Shown here: positions 11,601 to 25,106 of the stretch, piece by piece
How the letters are laid out: every line of letters begins with the position of its first letter
Numbering within the stretch: position 1 is the first letter of the stretch
From: Bilabrum cf. latius
Lineage: Eukaryota
Direction: 5' to 3'
Assembly: GCA_965178125.1 (NCBI GenBank)
Contig: OZ237750.1
Location: 1,054,001-1,118,000 of the forward strand
Length of the DNA: 64,000 bases
Made by a program: the position numbers and the translations under genes
Notes under the pieces: generated by a model
What the model was told of the DNA's origin: nothing
What the model saw: the letters and a program-made list of their open reading frames with translations, nothing else
The model's database searches: none

Positions 11601-14600
11601 CCTTGGCCTGCGGGATGGCCACCAGGAATACAGACCCGTCCAGCCCCGCGCTGAAGAGCAACTTGCGGTCCACAGACAGCCGGAGCGAAGACACGGGGCC
11701 GGCGTGCAGCTGCAGCTCGGTGCAAGGCGGTGCATCCCTGGCCTGCGCGTCCAGGGCCTCGTACGACCCAGCCGTCGCGGGCTTGGAGCGGTCCGAGCGC
11801 GATGACACGCGGAAGGCAGCGCTCGAGGTGTCAGGTCCCAAGCCCCTAGGACGACTGCCACCGCTCCGGCCGTCCCGCTCGCCCGTGGGTCCGCCACCAC
11901 CCGTCCCCCCTGCGGCCCCCTCGCCGCCGTATGCCTCGTCGTCGCCCGCGTCCACGGCGGGGAAGGGCCACGGGTAGGCGCGCACGCTTCCCCCTGCCGT
12001 GCCCGCAAAGAGCGCCCTGTCGTGGGGACCCCTCTCGAGGGCGGTGAGGCGCGCCCCCGTGCGGTAGACCTGGGCGTCCCCGTCCTTGGAGACCTGCAGC
12101 AGAGGCAGGCCCGGCTCGTGGCTGTGCCGCTGGGCCCTCAGCGCGAGGGTGGCGAGAGAGGGCTTCTTGCCGCTGTGCGCGCCCGGGTGCGCTGCACCTG
12201 AGTCCCGCTTGGACTTCTTCTTCTTGCTTTGCTTCAACACGGGAGCAGCTGTGCCGCAACCAGCGGCCACGATGGCCCTCCCGTGCCCCTGGCCCAGCAC
12301 GACGGCACTGTCGAAGTGCACCCCCTTGGTCACGTTGGTCATCCGGTCCACGCGTCGCCCCGTGGACGGGTCCCACGCAACCACAGCCCCGTCCTCCCCG
12401 ACACTCGCCAGCAGCGTGTCATCATCTGCCCACGCCAGCGCCTGCACCACGCCGACGTGCCCCGAGAGCTGGTACCGCTGCTTCATGTCGTACGACGAGA
12501 TCAGCTGCACCGTCAGCCCGCTGCACGCTGCCAGCAGCGCCCCGCCCGGCGAGAACTGCACCTGGCCAACGTGCCGCACGCTCGTGTGCTCGCGCCAGGG
12601 CCGCAGGGTCTTTGTGGTGGCGCACACGTTGAAGATGCGCAGGCGGTCCGGCAGCGCGGCAACGACGAGGTAGCATGTGGGGTGCATGGACACGTCCACC
12701 GCGGGGCTGTCGAGCTCCTGCTCCACCTCGCATACGCCTTCGAGGTAGTCGTACAGCCGCAGCGTGGAGTCCTGCCCGCTCGAGGCCACCAACGGGGCGA
12801 ACATGCCGCAGTCCAGAGAGGTCACTGCCCCCGTGTGCGCGCCCTTCTCGATCATGGCCCTTGAGGGGTCCTCCCGCTCATCCAGGCTCTCGGCCAGCCC
12901 CAAAGCAACCGACCGGAGGCCCATGCGGCCGGACCCGATTACCACCAGGCCGTCCCCCGGGCTCGTGCTCACCGACCGGATCGTCAGCCTGTCTTCCAGG
13001 TCGGCGGCAACGGCCGCGGCGGCCCCTGCGCCGGCAGGCCCCTGGCCCGAGGCCGACGAGATGGACGCGCTCCTGGTGCCCCCGATGCTCTGCGTGAAGG
13101 ACGTGCCCGTGCCTCGGTCCAGGCCGCTGAGGCTGGCCCGGGCCCCTGGGCGACTCCCTGCCTGCTCTCTCAGGTCATCCAAGACGTCCTGGTGGCCCGG
13201 CAAGAAGGCGCGCAGCAGCTAGTACCCCATGGGCTCGTCTGCCTCCCGCCCGCCTGCCCCTCCATGTAGCCCGGGCATGCCCATCCCGCTCATCGAGCCC
13301 CGCTTTCGCCTGTCCCCGCCCGCCCCCAAGCTCGGGTGTCCCCCGTGCGGCCTGCGCATCTCCTCCTCGTCAAGGTCAGACTCATCGTCGTCCTCGTCCG
13401 AGTCATCATCCGTCGCCCTGCACCGCTCGTAGATGCCCAGGTACCCGTGAGTCCCCGCCAGCACGAAGCCGCGGCCCCAGGCCTCCACGCAGGTCAGCTC
13501 AACGATCCCGCGGGCCTGCATCTCAGGCCCCAGTGCGCTGGGTGCGGCTCCCCCGCGAGCCAGGCCCGCCCTCTGCACCGCAGACTGCAGCTCGGGGAAT
13601 TCTGCCCAGAAGGTTTCCTTCACCTCGAAGCGGACCATGCGCCCGTCGCTGTCCCCGTGCCCCGGCCCACCGCGCGTCACCTTGGCCCCCACGGCGCCCT
13701 GGGCCGCTTCTTCCTCCGCGGACCGGCGAGGGGCCAGGACCGTCACCACTCCCCTGCGGCTGGCAGCCACCAGCACGGGAGGCTCCAGCTCCGGCTGCCA
13801 GGAGGCCCCCCCCGCGCCTTCCCCCCCAGCACCCGCCTCATCGTCGGGCCGCGGGGTCACCACCCAGGCGTGGTCCACAAACTCCTCCTCCTCTCGCCGA
13901 GAGACCTGCAGCACGGGGCCTTCCCGCAGCGTCCTGTCCTCCCCCAGCCGCCACTGCCGCAGGTGACCAGTGCCCGAGGTCGTCACGCACAGGCGCTTCG
14001 CCAGCTCCATGGTGCCCGGCGAGTGTCCCCCAGCCGAGTGATTGCCACCCTTGCCGTCGCCCGAGCCAGCCTTGGCACCGCTGGTCGCCGCACCCTGCCT
14101 CCTACCCTGCCCCCCCTCCCCCTCGTGCCCACGGGCCTGCTGGTCGTGCTCAGCGTCCTGGTCCTGGTCCTGGTCCTGTTCCGGCCGCGCTCCCCGGTAG
14201 TAGCCCTCGAACGGCTGCACGCGCAGCTGGGTGATGGACTGCCGCGGCATGCCTACCCCGAGCAACTTCCCGGTGGCCCACTGCCACACCGCCACCACCC
14301 TGTCGGCCCGTGCCATCTTCACCTGATCCTCGGAGGCTCCGGCAGCCTCGGCGGCTGCCCCAGGCTCCATCTCGTCCACCCCCACTGCATCATGACTCCT
14401 GACACCATGGTTTCCCTTCTCCTGCCGATGCCCGCCCTCTCTCAACCTGCCCCCGCCTCGCCTAGGCCTCGCCCCGCCCTCCTTGCCGCCCTCCTTGACC
14501 CCGTCTTTGTCTTTCCCCCTGTCCTTGCCTTTGCCCCGCCCACGACTGCGGAGCTTCTCCTCCGCCGCAGCCGCTGCTGCCTCCTCTCTCTGGGCCTCCT

Positions 14601-15419
14601 CCATTCGCTTCATCTCCGGCGTCACCTCCCCGTACGCAGCCAAAAACATCCCATCGCTGCTGAACGCCAGCCGCAGCCAGCGGCCCCGGAAGAAAGGCAG
14701 CACGAGGTGCTTGGGGCCGTGGGCAGGACGGATCGTCTCGCCACGGGCTGCGAGCGCGAGAGCATCAGAGCCGGTGGCTGACCCGTGCTTCCCTCCGCCT
14801 CCGCTGTGGCTTCCGTGCCTGCGTCGGTGCTTGCCGCCGACAGGACGGCCCGTCCCGTCGGTCGCCCTGCCCCTCCTCTTTGACGCCTGGGAGTCGGACG
14901 AGTAGAAGCTCCCCTTGGTCTTCTCCTTGAGTGACTGCAACGACTTGTACACGGGTGCGACTGAGATCATGCTGGAGCAAGCCATTACCGCAGCCGAGGC
15001 ATGCAAAGTAGCACCCCCAGCGTGCGCCTGCGCCTACGCCTGCGCTGACTGTTTGACAGCTTCTGGCATCTCCAATGAACTACCTGGGTGCCCGTTTTCA
15101 ACCGTTGCAACGTACTACCCAGGCCCTGTGGCTACCACAGCATCGATCTGCGGAGAGTTGATTGTGGGTGTGGACAGCGCGGCATGCCAGCAAAGCATAA
15201 TGCCTGGATGCAACCATTGCTCTATGCCGCCTTCAAACTCACCGTATTATGACCAGTTGCAGAAGAAACAAACTCGGTTGCCTTCGATTCAAAATCATAG
15301 AGGCAAACGTGCTGCCCGCTTGCGTAGCATGCAAGTCCTTCCACGACTAACGAGCATGGCAGCCGTCCAGTAGACCTACAACCGAGAGCGTGGTGTTTCC
15401 AAAGCTGCACAGTGCTCAT
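8680..15419 (-). CDS. CFAP57: CFAP57/WDR65-like WD40 plus coiled-coil flagellar protein (~2200 aa); intron 15148-15243
   Basis: HTGAVTSLDC...PLVASSGQDSTLRLYDY...VSMHPT...DRLRIFN resembles WDR65; long coiled coil follows. Same-frame ORFs are joined across TAGs at 13219, 10924, 10648, 10285 and 9973; ends in TAA. Confidence 0.8.
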
Positions 15420-15561
15420 GGGATGGCTGGATGTAGCCAATGCAAGTTCATGGTCGATTCACGGTGGGGTTCCGTTGGGGGCTCGGTTGCGAGCACTTTC
15501 GGCGGCCAGATGGGACAAATCACGATGCCATCACATTTTCTTTCTACAACCTTAACCTGAC

Positions 15562-16267
15562 ATGCGCGCTGCATTCTGTTTCTCCCGGCGATCACTTTCA
15601 GCGGTACGACATGCGTGTGGGATTCTCCAGCACAGTTCTAGAGCAGCGTCTTCAGGCGTGAAGTTCTGCTTCAGCGCACGTGCCAGAAGCCGAATTGCTC
15701 CGGCGATTCCGCGAACACGGCTGGTGCGATCGTGCCAGACGTCTGCAGCTAAAATTGATGACCTAGTCCTGTCTCCAGCCGCAGTCAAGGTGAGAGCGAG
15801 CTGATTGCTGTTTCACTCGGTGGCTGGTCAGGTGACGTGGATGCATGTTCGGCACACTTTCGCGCACGCATAAAAAATTCTTCCCGGTTCTGCCGCAGAG
15901 ATTGTAGGGAATTGTAGAACAAGATCTAAAGGCTGGAAAACAAGGCACCAGACTGCGCGTCGTGGTGGATTCAGGGGGGTGCTCCGGATTTTAGTACTAG
16001 TTTAACGTGGAGCGCGACGGGGAAGCACCAGAAAAGCTCAACGCTAGCGAATTTGACGAGTTCGATGCAGAGTTTGATACTGAAGACATTTTGTTCAGAC
16101 GAGGAGGCGCCGAGGTCGTCGTCGACACGGCCTCGATGGAATTGCTCAAGGGCGCCACACTAGATTATATCGACGAGATGATCGGCTCTCAGTTTGCTAT
16201 CGTAAACAACCCAAACGCTGATGCTAGTTGTGGGTGCGGGACCTCGTTTACGCTGAAGGGAGCGTGA
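15562..16267 (+). CDS. ISCA2: Mitochondrial Fe-S cluster assembly protein ISCA2; intron 15790-15898
   Basis: LRVVVDSGGCSGF*Y*F...VVVDTASMELLKGATLDY...NNPNADASCGCGTSF; Arg/Ser-rich presequence; TGA stop. Confidence 0.92.
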
Positions 16268-16406
16268 TTTGAGGTCAAAGCAAAAGTGGCGGCTGCAAGT
16301 AACCCTCTGCACCAGAAAAGCTGCCCATTAAGCACGCGTGCTGGCCCGCGGCGTGCTGTTGGGTTAGACTGGCTGGCAAAGCCCACCGCATTATGTGACT
16401 GTAACC

Positions 16407-17885
16407 ATGATGGAAGGAAGGTAGGAGATCAAATTGGCGCGCAGTGTCTCCAATAAACCTTCTTTAGGCAGGGCCTACAGGATGGGGCGGACCAGGAAGT
16501 GCGCCAGTTTGCGGACAGGAAGATAGCGCAATCTGTATCGCGCGCTTGGACTGTATTCTGGGTCTCGGTCGACGCTCAAAGCCCGAGATAGTCGCTGGCA
16601 GCGGTGCAGGCACGGTAGTCTTGGGAGGATCACCACTCGTTGTGAACAGCAGTTTGAACAGGATCACCACGCAGTGGCTGGTCGACAAATTTACAAACAC
16701 CACAAGCCACTTATTTGCACTCCGCCTCTCGACCGGGACCTCGCTCCAACTCGAAACCGGAATATGCCACGAGATGTCTCCAATGGGCCTCAACTGCCCA
16801 TTTCTGTGATGATCGATGCTTATATGCATTCTATTTGGCTGTTAAATGTATATCTAGGGCTGATTCATGATGCTGTCTCAATTTTCGTATCAGATCCTTT
16901 TGTTTGGAGACCCCTTGTCACATCGGTGCTTGCGGCTGCGATTCTGGTGGTACCTACAGTGTCTCTTCTGTTTTTGTTGGTGTGCGTGCCTCTAATCAGA
17001 AAATATTAGTTGAAAAGGCGCAAGCTGCTGTCATAGAATCGCGGGATCGTTGGGAGATAGGTTCAGTTGGCCGAGTAGCGCAGCAGACTTTGTTCATTAT
17101 TTTGGTCTTGCGTCACGTGCAAGTGGTTCGTGCGATTGTTCACGTGCAGTTTAGAGGATGAAATCACTGCCGGTCGATCGCAGCCATAGGCTCGATCGCT
17201 TACAACAAGAACATCAGGTTGGTGGTGCTGCCCCTCTTGCGCCGGCCGGAGTAAGGGCTCGGTGCAGCCCGCCGGGGCGGAGGCTGGTGGGCCTCAGCGC
17301 TATCGGCATATTCTGATTCGATGGCCAGGACTTTCGACGTATCGGCGCTTGCAGCTGCCGAAAGGCAGCATGTTTGCCTCCCTGAGCGGCTTGCGAAACG
17401 CCATCGCCTCGAAAATTCTTCGACAGCACCGCCTCCAGCTGCCATCTGGCTCGATGTACGAAGACGATGGCTATAAGGCGCTTGTTGCAGCGATACTAGG
17501 GACCAACTTGTACGCAGGCGATGGACCGGAGGCGGGGCACAGCGCAAGCGCTGGCGATGAGGACGGTGAGATGGGCGCTGGCAGCGCCAGCGCCAGCGGC
17601 GTCTTGCACCCACTGGTAGTACCCGGGCCGCAACAAGAGCCAGGCGAGGGCGAGGTCGGGCTGAGACACAGGCGACCTGCTGGCAGCGAGCAACCAACAA
17701 TCGAAACTTCCCTTTCAGCGGCAGCCAGCTCCGAGGAGCGGAGTGGAGATTTGCCTGCAGGCGCAGATGTCTGGATCAAGCACTCGCTGGTGCTGCAGCC
17801 AGCCGGGGTCGAGCTCGTCTCAGATGACGATCTCGAGATGCTGAGCGATGCGCAGCATAGCATTGAGTTGGTTGCTAGAGAGTGA
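16407..17885 (+). CDS. Hypothetical membrane protein; true start may be ~16763-16810
   Basis: Frame is open for 492 codons when 7 TAGs are read as sense; hydrophobic helix LVTSVLAAAILVVPTVSLLFLLVCVPL; TGA stop. No family recognised. Confidence 0.45.
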
Positions 17886-18085
17886 ATTGCTTAGGTTTCT
17901 GTACACTTGGAAGTATCCGCAACTGGTCATGCACAACAAATAGACTGACTGTGAGAAGCAATTATTGCGATAGCAACTCTACCTAGACTATCCTACCATA
18001 CTGAGCTGTGGGGACAGGCCAGCCCGGAAGCACCTGCTGTTATGCGATGAATAAGCTAATCACATTTTAGCTGCGACAGTGTGGT

Positions 18086-19906
18086 ATGATTCTAAGACGC
18101 CGGTTAAGCCAGCAGATGAAGAACGCATGTGGACACGTCAGACGATTTCAAAGCCACCCGGTGACTTCTTTGGAGGACTGGTATGCGGCGGAAGTTTCGC
18201 GAGGAGAGATACAAATAGATAAATCATAGGAGGAAGTGATTCCATAGTTTGGGAAGCTTGTCTCAAGAGTAGAATCGTACTTGCCGCGACTGCATGATTA
18301 CCGAAAGCAAGTTCGCCAGTACTGGACCGAAAGAGCGGCCTTGGATGCGCATAACGAACAAATAAGGCCCTCCAAAAATGGCTAGCCTGCGAGTTCAGCG
18401 CCATCCAGTATCCCTGCAATGCAAGAGCCGGCCCCTCCACAAGTGCCTCGGGGAATCTACTTGCACGGACCGGTAGGGACTGGAAAGTCGATGATTATGG
18501 ATAGGTTCTGCCAATCACTGCAGCAGCTTATTGCGAACGGTTCGCCAGGCACAGCCGACGCGGGCAGCACCGGTGTTGGCGAGGCGCAGGCGGTCGAGAT
18601 GCTGGGAGACACGCAGCTCTGGTCTCGACACAGCCCTGTTCGTCGGATGCATTTTCATGCCTTCATGCTTGAGGTACACAGACGCATTCACACACTCAAG
18701 CACCAGCAGCTCGAGCAGCATGGTCGGAACTGGCACGTCGACACCCGCCAGTCGAGCGACGCCGTGGTGCAGGTGGGCCGCCAGATGGGCCAGCTCTTTC
18801 CGGTGCTCTGCCTGGACGAGTTCCAGGTCGCGGACGTGGCGGACGCGGTCATCCTCTCTCGTCTCTTTGGTGCCATGTGGCGGGAGGGCCTTGTGCTGGT
18901 GGCCACCTCGAACCGTGCCCCCGGTGGCCTGTATGAGGGGGGCCTCAACCGAGACGATTTCCTGCCGTTCATCGAGGCTCTCGAGAGGAGGTCTAGGCCC
19001 TTGCAGCTGACGGGGGAGAGAGACTACCGCATGCACAGCAAGGGGGGGCGAGCTGGTCGCGGGGACCAGGGACAGGCCAGCGCGGTGCATGGAGGGGACA
19101 GCGGCGCATTTCTTGGCACCGCGGGTGACCAGGACACTGACGTCACCCAGAGTGGCTTGTTGCTGCAGAGAAGTGCAAGCAGTCAGGCCTCAGCGAGAGC
19201 CTTGCTGCAATTGGTCTCAAGCGCCGCTGTTCGCCTGGGTACCGAGGGGACTTCGGCGCATTCTGTGCTGGCCAGCGGCGTGCTTGACCCCGCGGAGGTC
19301 GACTGGTCCATGGAGGCGGTGCCCCCGAGGTACCTGGGAGACCCCACTTGGGGGGCTCTGTGCGGGATACAGATCAAGGGCGGGAGGCGGGCCTGGGTGC
19401 AGCTGCCGGACAGCCGCGTGGGAGGCCCGGTGGAGGCCCCGGGAGCAGCCGTGGCGCACTTCGAAGACCTCTGTGGGCGAGCACTCGGGGCCGTAGACTA
19501 CGCGGGCATTTTCTCCTCTGTATCCCTGCTGTGTTTGCGCGGGGTACCTCTGCTGACGGAGAAACGCGTGGATGCCGCCCGCCGGTTTGTGACACTGGTC
19601 GACGAGGCCTACGAAGCCGGAGTGGTGCTGGTGCTGGAGAGTGATGGGTCCCCAGGAGCCATTCTGGAGGACTTTCGGCCTAGGAGCGAGGCGTCGGGAT
19701 CATCTGCGGCCGCTTCAGATGATACAGGATCTACCGTCACCGCAGATCCTGCTGGGAGTATTGTGGCTTCCGCCGCAGCTGCCGAGGCCGGAGAAAACGA
19801 ACTGAGGTTTGCGTGCGCTAGAGCAGTGTCGCGGCTGACTGAAATGCTGCGTCCAGAGTATTTGACGAGCAAGAGGCGAGCTGAGGCAAGGCAGAGATCC
19901 AGGTGA
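18086..19906 (+). CDS. AFG1: AFG1/LACE1 (ZapE-like) mitochondrial ATPase
   Basis: RGIYLHGPVGTGKS Walker A, RRMHFHAFMLEVH, LCLDEFQVADVADA, ATSNRAP, ARRFVTLVDEAYE, RAVSRLTEM. N-terminus extends through 3 TAGs. Confidence 0.9.
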
Positions 19907-20030
19907 CCTGGCGTTGTGCAGCATGGTCAATGTCGCGATCGGTTCAAGCAAAGTAGATCTGTTACAAGAAAGAAATCCATAATGATTATGAAACGCAAAT
20001 TTCCCGCCGGTCTACTCTACAGCTCCAGAT

Positions 20031-23000
20031 TCACGCAAGGGCCGACTACAGTGTGGGAACCCGGTCCAGGATCCTGGCCACCTGCGCCCTGCGCACCGGC
20101 TTGAGTAGAACTTCCTGTGCGCCGCACGCCAAGAACAACTTCTGATCTGCAGGCAAGGCGTTCCCTGTCACTCCTACGATGGGGATCGCGCTCAACCTCG
20201 GGTCTGCGTCAGCTCGCAGTTCTCTGGCCATTTCGGGGCCTGACATGCGGGGCATCGAGAAGTCAAGCAGGATCAGGTCGACGGCTGGACCCGATGTGGA
20301 GATGGCAGGCTTTGGTGCAGTTGCTGCCCGGGAGTCGCGAATGGTGGCGTCTGCATCAGTGTCTGCTCCTGCGTCGCCACTTTGCTGCGCCTGCATTGAA
20401 TCCGCCAGGCCCAGGCGAGCTTGCAGGACAGCCAGGCCTTCCACGCCGTCTGAGGCTTGCAGAACCGTGTGACTCCTGTCCACAGCCCTGACCATCTTCG
20501 ATAGGAAGAGCCGATTCGTACGGCTGTCATCGACCACCAGCACACTTAGGCCGGCATGGGCGCCCCGTACCGCGCTGCTCACTGATGAATCTAGACGACT
20601 TCTATCGATCGAGACAGAGCCTGCCTATGACTATTCCCTTCCTTGACCCTTCCGCTTGATGACCCTTCGCTTGCCTCCAGAGGATGTGGTTGACGTGACT
20701 CGAGAGCTCGCACTTGATTCACCTTGCATAGGACGCAAGTGATGCTACCCTGTGTGGGTGGCTGTCGTAGAAGCACCCTTCGCAAGCTGCAGCACGGGCC
20801 TGCCAGAGCGGCGAGGGTCCGAGGGAGGCTGCCTGAACCGCATCTTTGCCCATAGGAAGAAAACGGTCCCAAGGCCGGGCTTGGACGAGAATCCAATACA
20901 CCCGCCATGCATACGCATGACTGTGGCCGTGATGGCCAGCCCCAAACCAGATCCCTGGCCCTCCGGCGTGAGGATGCCCGAGTGCAGTGCCTGCAGCGGG
21001 ACAAACACTTGGTTCCAGTCGTGTTTCCGGATTCCCGGCCCCTCATCATAAACCCAAAGACACACGTACACGGCATCATCGTCAGCTTCGTCAAGTGATG
21101 TGCTGTGTCTAGCGCTTGATACGCTGCCGGCGCCGCTGTGGACTCTGGACAGCCCCGGTGCCTCGCTGCGTGCACTGATCGTGTCTCCTGCCTTGCTCGC
21201 ATCGTGAGAGGCATGCTCGCGCAGGACAGTCGGCAGCTGAGCGCGACCCCCGTCATGAGCAAGGTCTGCTGCCATCCGGTCGTACCAAAATACCGAGTCT
21301 GGAGCTATCTGAGCTGCTGTCGAGCGAGGCTGCTGCGCCGCTAGCAATGTCTCGCACACATTAGTTGCTGCAGCCATCTCAGCCTTGTCAGTCTCGGAAG
21401 CCCTTTTGCTCCCCTGAGGCCATAATATGCTGCCAGATAAGGCAGAATCCGGGGAACTCCGGCCAGCGGCAGCAGGGCATTCCCCAAATCGCACAGCTGT
21501 ATCCAGCTCGCGCGCCCCCGGCGCGTCTGACATGAAGATAGACCTCATGCTGGAGCGTCTCCCTTGCCGCAACGCGCCCGCGCTGATGGTTGAGAGTGCA
21601 TACTTGCTCTTGGGAGCCACTTGTCGGCGACCAACGCTCCTGGTCGCTGACTCGTTCGAGCGCGAAGCAGTCTCTGAGATACTCCGTGTCCCGTGCTCGT
21701 CCTCGAGCTCGTCGGCTGCGGCGACGATGCCCCTCAGCCTTGCTGCCATTCGGTCGCCGAGTTGACGCCTGCACAACTCCCAATCGGTGCGTCCCCACAG
21801 GTGTGGCGGAGCGAGCGAGCTCCCAATCACGATGCTAGGGCGTGTCTTGTTCGGCACAATCAACGGCCCGCCTGTATCTGTCGAGCTAGTCCACCGGATC
21901 GCGTTGGTGGTGATGTTTGCAAGAGAGCTGCGGATTCTTGCAGGATCACACTCGTACAGGCCCTTGACCGCGGGGTGCATGTGGATGAATCGCAGCTTGG
22001 ACCCGGCAGATCGCGCTTGCCCATCCAGCGCAGAAACCGTGTCTCGCATCACTGCTGGCAGCAAGGGGTGGAAGCGAGTCGACAGCTCTAGCGTGCCAGA
22101 CTCAATCTGTTGTAGGTTCAGAACATCGTCGAGAGTGTTCCGCATGGCTTCAGTTGCCGCTTCTAGAGAAGGAAGCGTGTCATCGAACAACCCCACTGCC
22201 TCATGGAGGAGCGCATCAGTGCCACCAACGCCTCCGTCTGGATTGCCGCAGTCATTCTGTTTGCCTGCGGACAGCAGCTCTCCGAGTGATGGTTGACTGC
22301 CCGCCGTATCGACAAGATGGCTGGCAGCCTCATCGGTTTCAGTCGTTTGATACCGCTGCGAACTGCCATTGCCCCCTCCGCCCGATCTCGACAGCATTCT
22401 CTCTGACTCACCGAAGCGAGTGAATGGGCCTGAATGCTCTTCCTACGCTGCTGGGTCGTTCACATCGCCTGAGTTGACCCCAGTGTTCAACCCATCACTT
22501 CCACCGTTCGGTCTCTCCTAGGGAGGCATAGCTGCGCGACTAAAGAGCGATCTACGCTTCCGCAGCGCTTTGCGCACTCGCATAGCACCCTCCTGACAGA
22601 AATCAAGCCCCAGCACCACCGAGTTCAGAGGCACCCTGCACTCGTGAGACAGGAAACGCACTCTCGACTGGAGTGCAGCCTACTGCTTCTCCGAGATCTG
22701 AACCGCCCGCTCTAAGTCTTGCGTTTGCCTGGCGTACACGTACACGCAACCCACAAGCAGGCCTCGCAGTGCCAAAAAGGCCACTCGGACAAGAATTCGG
22801 GCCACCAGGTGCTGAAACAAGATGTCAGTGGCATGGTCGCCTAGCAGTCCGCCAATGCTGGCCCCCTGCTAGCGCTGAGAACATCGGCCCCAGACCTCCT
22901 CTAAACCCGCGATCCGACTGTAGGCACATCCGCACAGGAGATGCGAATCCGTCCGTATATTTGCAAGCACCGAGTCTCCGAGGAGCAGCTCCAGTACTAT

Positions 23001-25106
23001 CAGCCCGCACACTACCTTGAGCAGGCCAGATAGCACGGCAGCGCGCTTCATGCTCTCCTGCACCAGGGCAGACACTTCGCGCCGCACGTACACAGCAGCA
23101 GATCCATGCTTTTTGGTCGCCTGCATCATGAAGCTGTCTGCTTCCGATCGCAATGGCTGGGTGCAGGCACAAGCATCGATTCCCAAGGCATGCCTCGCCG
23201 TGGTGCTGCACTCATGCAAGCATGCAGTGGCCCGAAGCTGGTCGCGGCTCAAGCCCCGAATTTGCTCATGATGCCGATACTTGCTGGAGATATAGCACTC
23301 CACCTCATCGCTGGCTGGCTTGCAAGCCGAAGGCAGCGCTCCCATGCAGCAATACGACACACTGCAGTATGCGCACCGGGCTTCTGCACCGAGTGCGCGG
23401 TACTTGGCCGCATCGCCGCCGTTAGCTGCTTCCGACGTCTGACTGACCCATGCCCGCACCTCTGAAGCGGCCCCATCAATAGCTTCCGCCATGCCTCGGC
23501 TGGGAGTGGCCAGGTAGTACACCACGAACACAACAGAAAAGATGAAGTTGATGGCAACAAAGGACATGAACATGGAGACAAATGTACCTGTGGGAGCAGG
23601 AACCAGTTGCTGCTCAAACTACGAGCTATCCTGCAAAGTCCTTGGTGAAATCACGCTGGAGTTCGCCGCCAGACCGTGCTGCCGAGGGAGCAAGTCTGAC
23701 ACAAGCCGCGTCGGCGGCATGCTAGCTGGGAGGCCGGCGAGGCCTCGCTGGCGCCGGCCTTCAATGTGGCGCTGCACCGCCTGGAGGGCACGCACTTCGG
23801 TATTGACCGCGTGGATGAAGCACCAGTTCGTGTCTGTCAGCTGCGATACACCGTTGAGCAGCGGGCCCACGACGTCTGCCACCTCCTGCTCGCCATAGCC
23901 CTGGTCCCGAAGCCTGTCAGCAGCTAGTGCGAGCCTCCCTTTCCCTGATGGAATACCAGCTGCCTCGAGCGCCAGAGTTGTGCTCGGGTCAACGTTTTCA
24001 ATCTGCTGGAGGAGTGCCATGCCGAGCAAGGGCCTCCCATTGCTGCCCCACAGCGCGGTGTCCATGGTCCAGTTGGATCCTGCGGCCGAGTCGCACGCAG
24101 CCGCTGACAGTGGCAGCGATGAACTTGAAGAACTGCAGGTAGCATTCGCATTCATCCCATCAATGTATCTCTGGGTGTCCAGCAGCAGTGATGCCCCGAC
24201 ACCCGCTGCTTCCTTAAAGGCCTCCACCCGCACGAGGCCTAGTGACCCGGAGGCAAGCGACGACGTGATCCCGCTCGCGATGGCTGCGCTGGCGATGCAT
24301 AGCGCGCGGCTGCTCTTCAGCTTGTACTCCTGAGAGGGGTTCGGGGCCGTGGTGGACCCGATGATGAGCGCCACCACCATGGCCAAAGCGACTACCACGG
24401 CCGAGGTCCAGGGGCGGCCCGTCGACCCCGCCGCGGCGCGCTCCAGCAAAAAGGCGTCCCGCATGCGCCAGCCGCTGGACCAACCCGACGAGCCGAGCCA
24501 GTGCGAAGCAAGCCAGAACTAGTCTGTGCGAGTTGTCATGGAAATAATCGTGGGGCCTCCTCCGAGCCAGCTGCCAGACGCTCTCGGCGGCTGGAATTGA
24601 AAATACGCCTCGCACAGGACTGCTGTGCACACGAGCGCCAGCAGCGCCGTCATGGCAGCGTGGCGGCCCCAAAGTCGGGTGTCTGGGCAACAACCTCCTG
24701 GTGTTCGAGTGTGGTGCCAATCCATGGCTACCATGCCGCACGACATGACGAATCCAGCCAAAGCAACCGTTAGAACCACAAGCGATAGTGCCCCTACGGC
24801 CATCTGGGCCGCTGCAATGCCAGAATCAATACCGGAATTGTCAATAGTTAATGCTCTTTGCAGCGTAATGTTTTTAGCCGGGTATGGAAACGAGTAGTCG
24901 AGAGAAAAAGCACGGTCGGCCCGCCGCGTCACGCTCGAGCCAAGGATTTGTGCGACCACACCAATTATGAACGTGTACAGAGCTGTCACCGCTGTAGCAC
25001 CAACCAGAAGTGCACCTGCATTTGTCAGAGTCGCTTGCCGAACCATGCTGTCAATCTGGCTCGCCCTTGTGGGGCCGTCTTTCGCAGCGTCAGCCTGCGG
25101 CGCCAT
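20031..25106 (-). CDS. Membrane hybrid sensor histidine kinase with receiver domain (1691 aa, single exon)
   Basis: H-box FLSHECRVPLN (~22623-22655), N-box NITTNAIRWT, G1 YDEGPGI, G2 GSGLGLAIT; receiver VLVVDD...LLDFSMPRMSG...KPV; multiple TM helices. Five ORFs joined by TAG; TGA at 20031. Confidence 0.88.

Noticed and set aside
8507-12864. Long plus-strand ORFs (8507-9841, 8677-10278, 10766-11977; likewise 45371-46912)
   Set aside because: Antisense shadows of GC-rich genes with no recognisable motifs.
15992-16000. TAG as pyrrolysine, Trp (A-to-I editing) or Leu
   Set aside because: The diagnostic conserved positions correspond to Gln, and no pyl machinery is visible.
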